Origin: Candidatus Bathyarchaeota archaeon RBG_13_60_20 | GTDB taxonomy: Archaea > Thermoproteota > Bathyarchaeia > TCS64 | Assembly: GCA_001775965.1 (NCBI GenBank) | Contig: MEZG01000035.1 | Span: 1-42,120, forward strand | Reading direction: 5' to 3' | Length of the DNA: 42,120 bases | Shown here: positions 40,292-42,120 of the stretch, piece by piece | Layout: each line of letters begins with the position of its first letter | Numbering within the stretch: position 1 is the stretch's first letter | Notes under the pieces: model-generated | What the model was told of the DNA's origin: nothing | Database searches by the model: none | Seen by the model: only the letters and a program-made list of their open reading frames with translations | Translations under genes and position numbers: made by a program

Positions 40292-40490
40292 GGGGCTTCA
40301 GCTCGTCCTCAGTGGTGAAGGGCCCGATGCCCCTTAGTGCGCCGAAGCCGTCAACACGGAGCTTCGTCACCGTGATCTCGACGATCTCGCCCTCCCTGAT
40401 CTTCTTCACCTCCACGATGTCCTTGGGGAGGGTGACGACCAGCGACCCCCCGACCCGGCGGGTCTTCACCAGCGCCTTTGTGTTACTCAC
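40284..40490 (-). CDS. vapB: AbrB/SpoVT-type antitoxin VapB
   Basis: I start it at GTG 40490. (M)SNTKALVKTRRVGGSLVVTLPKDIVEVKKIREGEIVEITV is an AbrB-like swapped hairpin. GGTTATATAACC ends about 25 nt upstream of the GTG, consistent with a leaderless transcript. The longer track ORF to 40568 is unlikely. Confidence 0.75.
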   Translation of the reverse strand: MSNTKALVKTRRVGGSLVVTLPKDIVEVKKIREGEIVEITVTKLRVDGFGALRGIGPFTTEDELKPHE

Positions 40491-40560
40491 GTATAATTTA
40501 ATGTAACTAGGGTTATATAACCAGTATGGTGTGAGAATAAGTAATAGTAGCCACCATGAG

Positions 40561-41481
40561 CTAGTCAACAGTTTCCATAAGCCAGACCAGGAGCCCCTTC
40601 TGGGCGTGCATCCTGTTCCCGGCCTGGTCGAAGACCACCGACTGGGGAGAGTCCATGACCTCGCTGGTGATCTCGTAGCCCCTGTGGGCGGGCAGGCAGT
40701 GCATCACGATGCAGTCACCTTTCGCTTTAGCCACCAGCTCAGCGTTCACCTGGTAGGGCTTGAACGCCCTCATACGGGCCTCGTTCTCCGCCTCCATGCC
40801 GGCGCTCACCCAGACGTCCGTGTAGACGACATCGGCACCCGCCACCCCCTTGGCCGGGTCGTGGCTTACCTTCACCGCCTTGCCCGTGTGCTCCTTGACC
40901 CTCTTGAGCACCCACCCAGCCGGGCTGTACTTCTGGTCGTCGGGGCAGACCACGGTGACGTCCATGCCGGCGGAGCTGCACCCGATCATGGTGGAGTTGG
41001 CCGTGTTGCAGCCCCCGTCCCCAACATATGCGATCCTGACTCCCCGGAGCTTCCCCTTGTGCTCCCTGACGGTGAGGAGGTCGGCCATGGTCTGGCACGG
41101 GTGGTAGACCTCCGTCATCCCGTTGATGGCCGGGATGGTTGCGGCACCACCGATCCTCTCCATGGCCTCCTGCTTCAGCACCCTGGCCATGATGAAGTCG
41201 GCGTACTTGTTGATGTTCTTCACGCCGTCCTCCATGGTCTCGCTCCTGGTGAAGCCGCCGCCCTCCACGCTGTAGAAGATGGCGTGGCCCCCCAGCTGGT
41301 TCATCCCCGCCTCGAAGCTTATCCTGGTCCTGAGGCTGGCTAGCTCGAAGAGCATCACCAGGGTCTTGTTCCTCATGGCGTCCCCGTACTCGCCGGGGCA
41401 CGCCTTGATCTCGGCCGAGAGGTCTAGGACCTCCTGGAGCTCCCGGCCGGACAGGTCGAAGTCACTCAGTATATGCTTCAT
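40561..41481 (-). CDS. ornithine-carbamoyltransferase-family enzyme with non-canonical substrate motifs
   Basis: I start it at ATG 41481 (MKHILSDFDLSGRELQEV..), preceded by GGAGGGTGA (SD-like). HPCQ, GDGGCNTANS and VMHCLPAHRG are canonical ATC/OTC motifs. However STRTR reads SLRTR and DxxxSMG reads DVWVSAG. Confidence 0.8.
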   Translation of the reverse strand: MKHILSDFDLSGRELQEVLDLSAEIKACPGEYGDAMRNKTLVMLFELASLRTRISFEAGMNQLGGHAIFYSVEGGGFTRSETMEDGVKNINKYADFIMARVLKQEAMERIGGAATIPAINGMTEVYHPCQTMADLLTVREHKGKLRGVRIAYVGDGGCNTANSTMIGCSSAGMDVTVVCPDDQKYSPAGWVLKRVKEHTGKAVKVSHDPAKGVAGADVVYTDVWVSAGMEAENEARMRAFKPYQVNAELVAKAKGDCIVMHCLPAHRGYEITSEVMDSPQSVVFDQAGNRMHAQKGLLVWLMETVD

Positions 41482-41502
41482 TCCGTCACCCTCCACCTGT
41501 GG

Positions 41503-41652
41503 CTAAATGGTCTGCCTTATTTGAAGCCCGTGCCCGTTTTCCATGGGTTGGGGGACCTCGGGCTGCTCGCCCGAGCCCTCGAAGACGCAGTGCCCCAGCC
41601 CCGTGCACGGGGGCTCGCCGTACGCTTTTCCGCACGCCTTGCATGGCTTCAT
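41503..41652 (-). CDS. possible 49-aa Cys-rich upstream ORF
   Basis: MKPCKACGKAYGEPPCTGLGHCVFEGSGEQPEVPQPMENGHGLQIRQTI*. The ATG lies about 35 nt downstream of a TATA-like TAAAATTTATAATC (minus sense, 41685-41698), and the stop is 21 nt before the OTC-like start. It could equally be a non-coding leader in GC-rich DNA. Confidence 0.25.
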   Translation of the reverse strand: MKPCKACGKAYGEPPCTGLGHCVFEGSGEQPEVPQPMENGHGLQIRQTI

Positions 41653-41669
41653 GCCTGTTCCTCGCTACA

Positions 41670-41744
41670 TGCAGCCTGGAGCATGATTATAAATTTTATT
41701 GCAATATTGCAGCATTTAAAAATATGTTTGTTCTAATTGCTGCA
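41670..41744. promoter_or_regulatory. palindrome-rich control region (TGCAATATTGCA; TGCAGCA boxes)
   Basis: There is a perfect 12-bp palindrome TGCAATATTGCA at 41700-41711. TGCAGCA at 41708-41714 is inverted as TGCTGCA at 41738-41744, and TGCAGCC lies at 41670-41676. AT-rich TATA-like elements lie in between. Confidence 0.4.
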
Positions 41745-41752
41745 TGGCGCCG

Positions 41753-42120
41753 TCAGGTCCTCAGAACAACGTCCAGCAGCGACGGGGCGCCTCCCCTCAC
41801 GGCCCTCAGGGCCCGCGTCAGGGCGGGCCTGACCTCAGAAGGGTCCTCCACCCTCTCCCCGTACCCGCCGAACGCCTCCACCACCTTGGTGTAGTCGGGG
41901 CTCGGCCCGCAGCTCACGCCGTAGTACTGGCCGTGCTTCACGGAGTGGCCCTCCGGGTAGTACCTAGCGTGGCCCCTCATGGCGGCGTAGCACCCGTTGT
42001 TGAACACGACGGTCATGAAGGGTATCCCGTGCTCCTGTGCGGCCCCGAAGGCGGCGAGCACCGGGTTGTAGTTGAAGGTGCCATCGCCGACGAGTGCCAC
42101 CACCGTCTTGCCCGGCTCAG
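41753..42120 (-). CDS. thiamine-diphosphate enzyme, C-terminal TPP-binding domain (partial, continues beyond the 3' edge)
   Basis: The translation ...VALVGDGTFNYNPVLAAFGAAQEHGIPFMTVVFNNGCYAAM contains the GDG(X)24-27NN TPP motif of the acetolactate-synthase/oxalyl-CoA-decarboxylase family. The reading frame stays open upstream to the window end. Confidence 0.75.
   Translation of the reverse strand, partial: EPGKTVVALVGDGTFNYNPVLAAFGAAQEHGIPFMTVVFNNGCYAAMRGHARYYPEGHSVKHGQYYGVSCGPSPDYTKVVEAFGGYGERVEDPSEVRPALTRALRAVRGGAPSLLDVVLRT

Noticed and set aside
40491-40568. N-terminal extension of the AbrB-type antitoxin ORF (MTSSWWLLLLILTPYWLYNPSYIKLYV...)
   Set aside because: The extension would read through the gene's own TATA box and overlaps the OTC-like gene end. 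GTG 40490, about 25 nt after GGTTATATAACC, gives the canonical AbrB N-terminus.
1-42120. CRISPR arrays, rRNA genes, transposases and integrases
   Set aside because: I scanned for regularly spaced direct repeats and for recombinase-like ORFs and found none. The only repeats are the ones listed: tRNA fragments, the 85-nt pair and short promoter or operator motifs.

Overview
GC-rich archaeal chromosomal window. The evidence is archaeal-type tRNA-Gln, tRNA-Met and tRNA-Glu, Cbf5, a tandem Lrp/AsnC pair, and TATA-like boxes about 25-30 nt upstream of many start codons, which suggests mostly leaderless mRNAs. All protein calls rest on motifs I recognise by eye in the supplied translations; no searches were run.

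The backbone is ordinary housekeeping and metabolism:
- UbiD-family decarboxylase, and a Rieske ferredoxin with an FNR-like reductase
- YhbY, an RsmC-like methyltransferase with Cbf5, two HAD hydrolases, and a YcaQ/AlkZ-like glycosylase
- NrdH with class III RNR NrdD
- M19 dipeptidase, an Isf-like flavoprotein, a GGR-family reductase, a long FKBP and a UbiB/ABC1 kinase
- a 5-gene Opp/Dpp peptide ABC transporter
- a presenilin-like membrane protease, an OTC-like carbamoyltransferase and a TPP enzyme that runs off the 3' edge

AT-richer accessory patches interrupt this backbone. They hold the more interesting material:
1. A tRNA-Gln locus (about 4.3-6.0 kb) has one exact and one degenerate partial tRNA copy. 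These bracket an orphan FtsX permease. There is no integrase.
2. An imperfect direct repeat of about 85 nt (4463-4545 and 10040-10130) brackets a toxin-antitoxin-rich stretch. That stretch holds UPF0175-DUF3368, GNAT, a module of aRelB-like, DUF4258 and Zn-ribbon/AbrB genes, and HicB with a nonsense-inactivated HicA.
3. A decayed island lies next to tRNA-Glu (36.7-39.1 kb). It carries a Zn-ribbon-EVE protein, a frameshifted Myb-like gene, an ORF-free GC-rich segment ending in a repeat-flanked hairpin, and a second frameshifted copy of the DUF4258/AbrB module.
4. A CARF/Csa3-like wHTH regulator is transcribed divergently from nrdH-nrdD, with no CRISPR-cas anywhere in the window.
5. A small orphan archaeosortase-like protein is present.
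6. The OTC-like enzyme has altered substrate-binding motifs and sits behind a palindrome-rich leader.

I saw no CRISPR array, rRNA, transposase or integrase.
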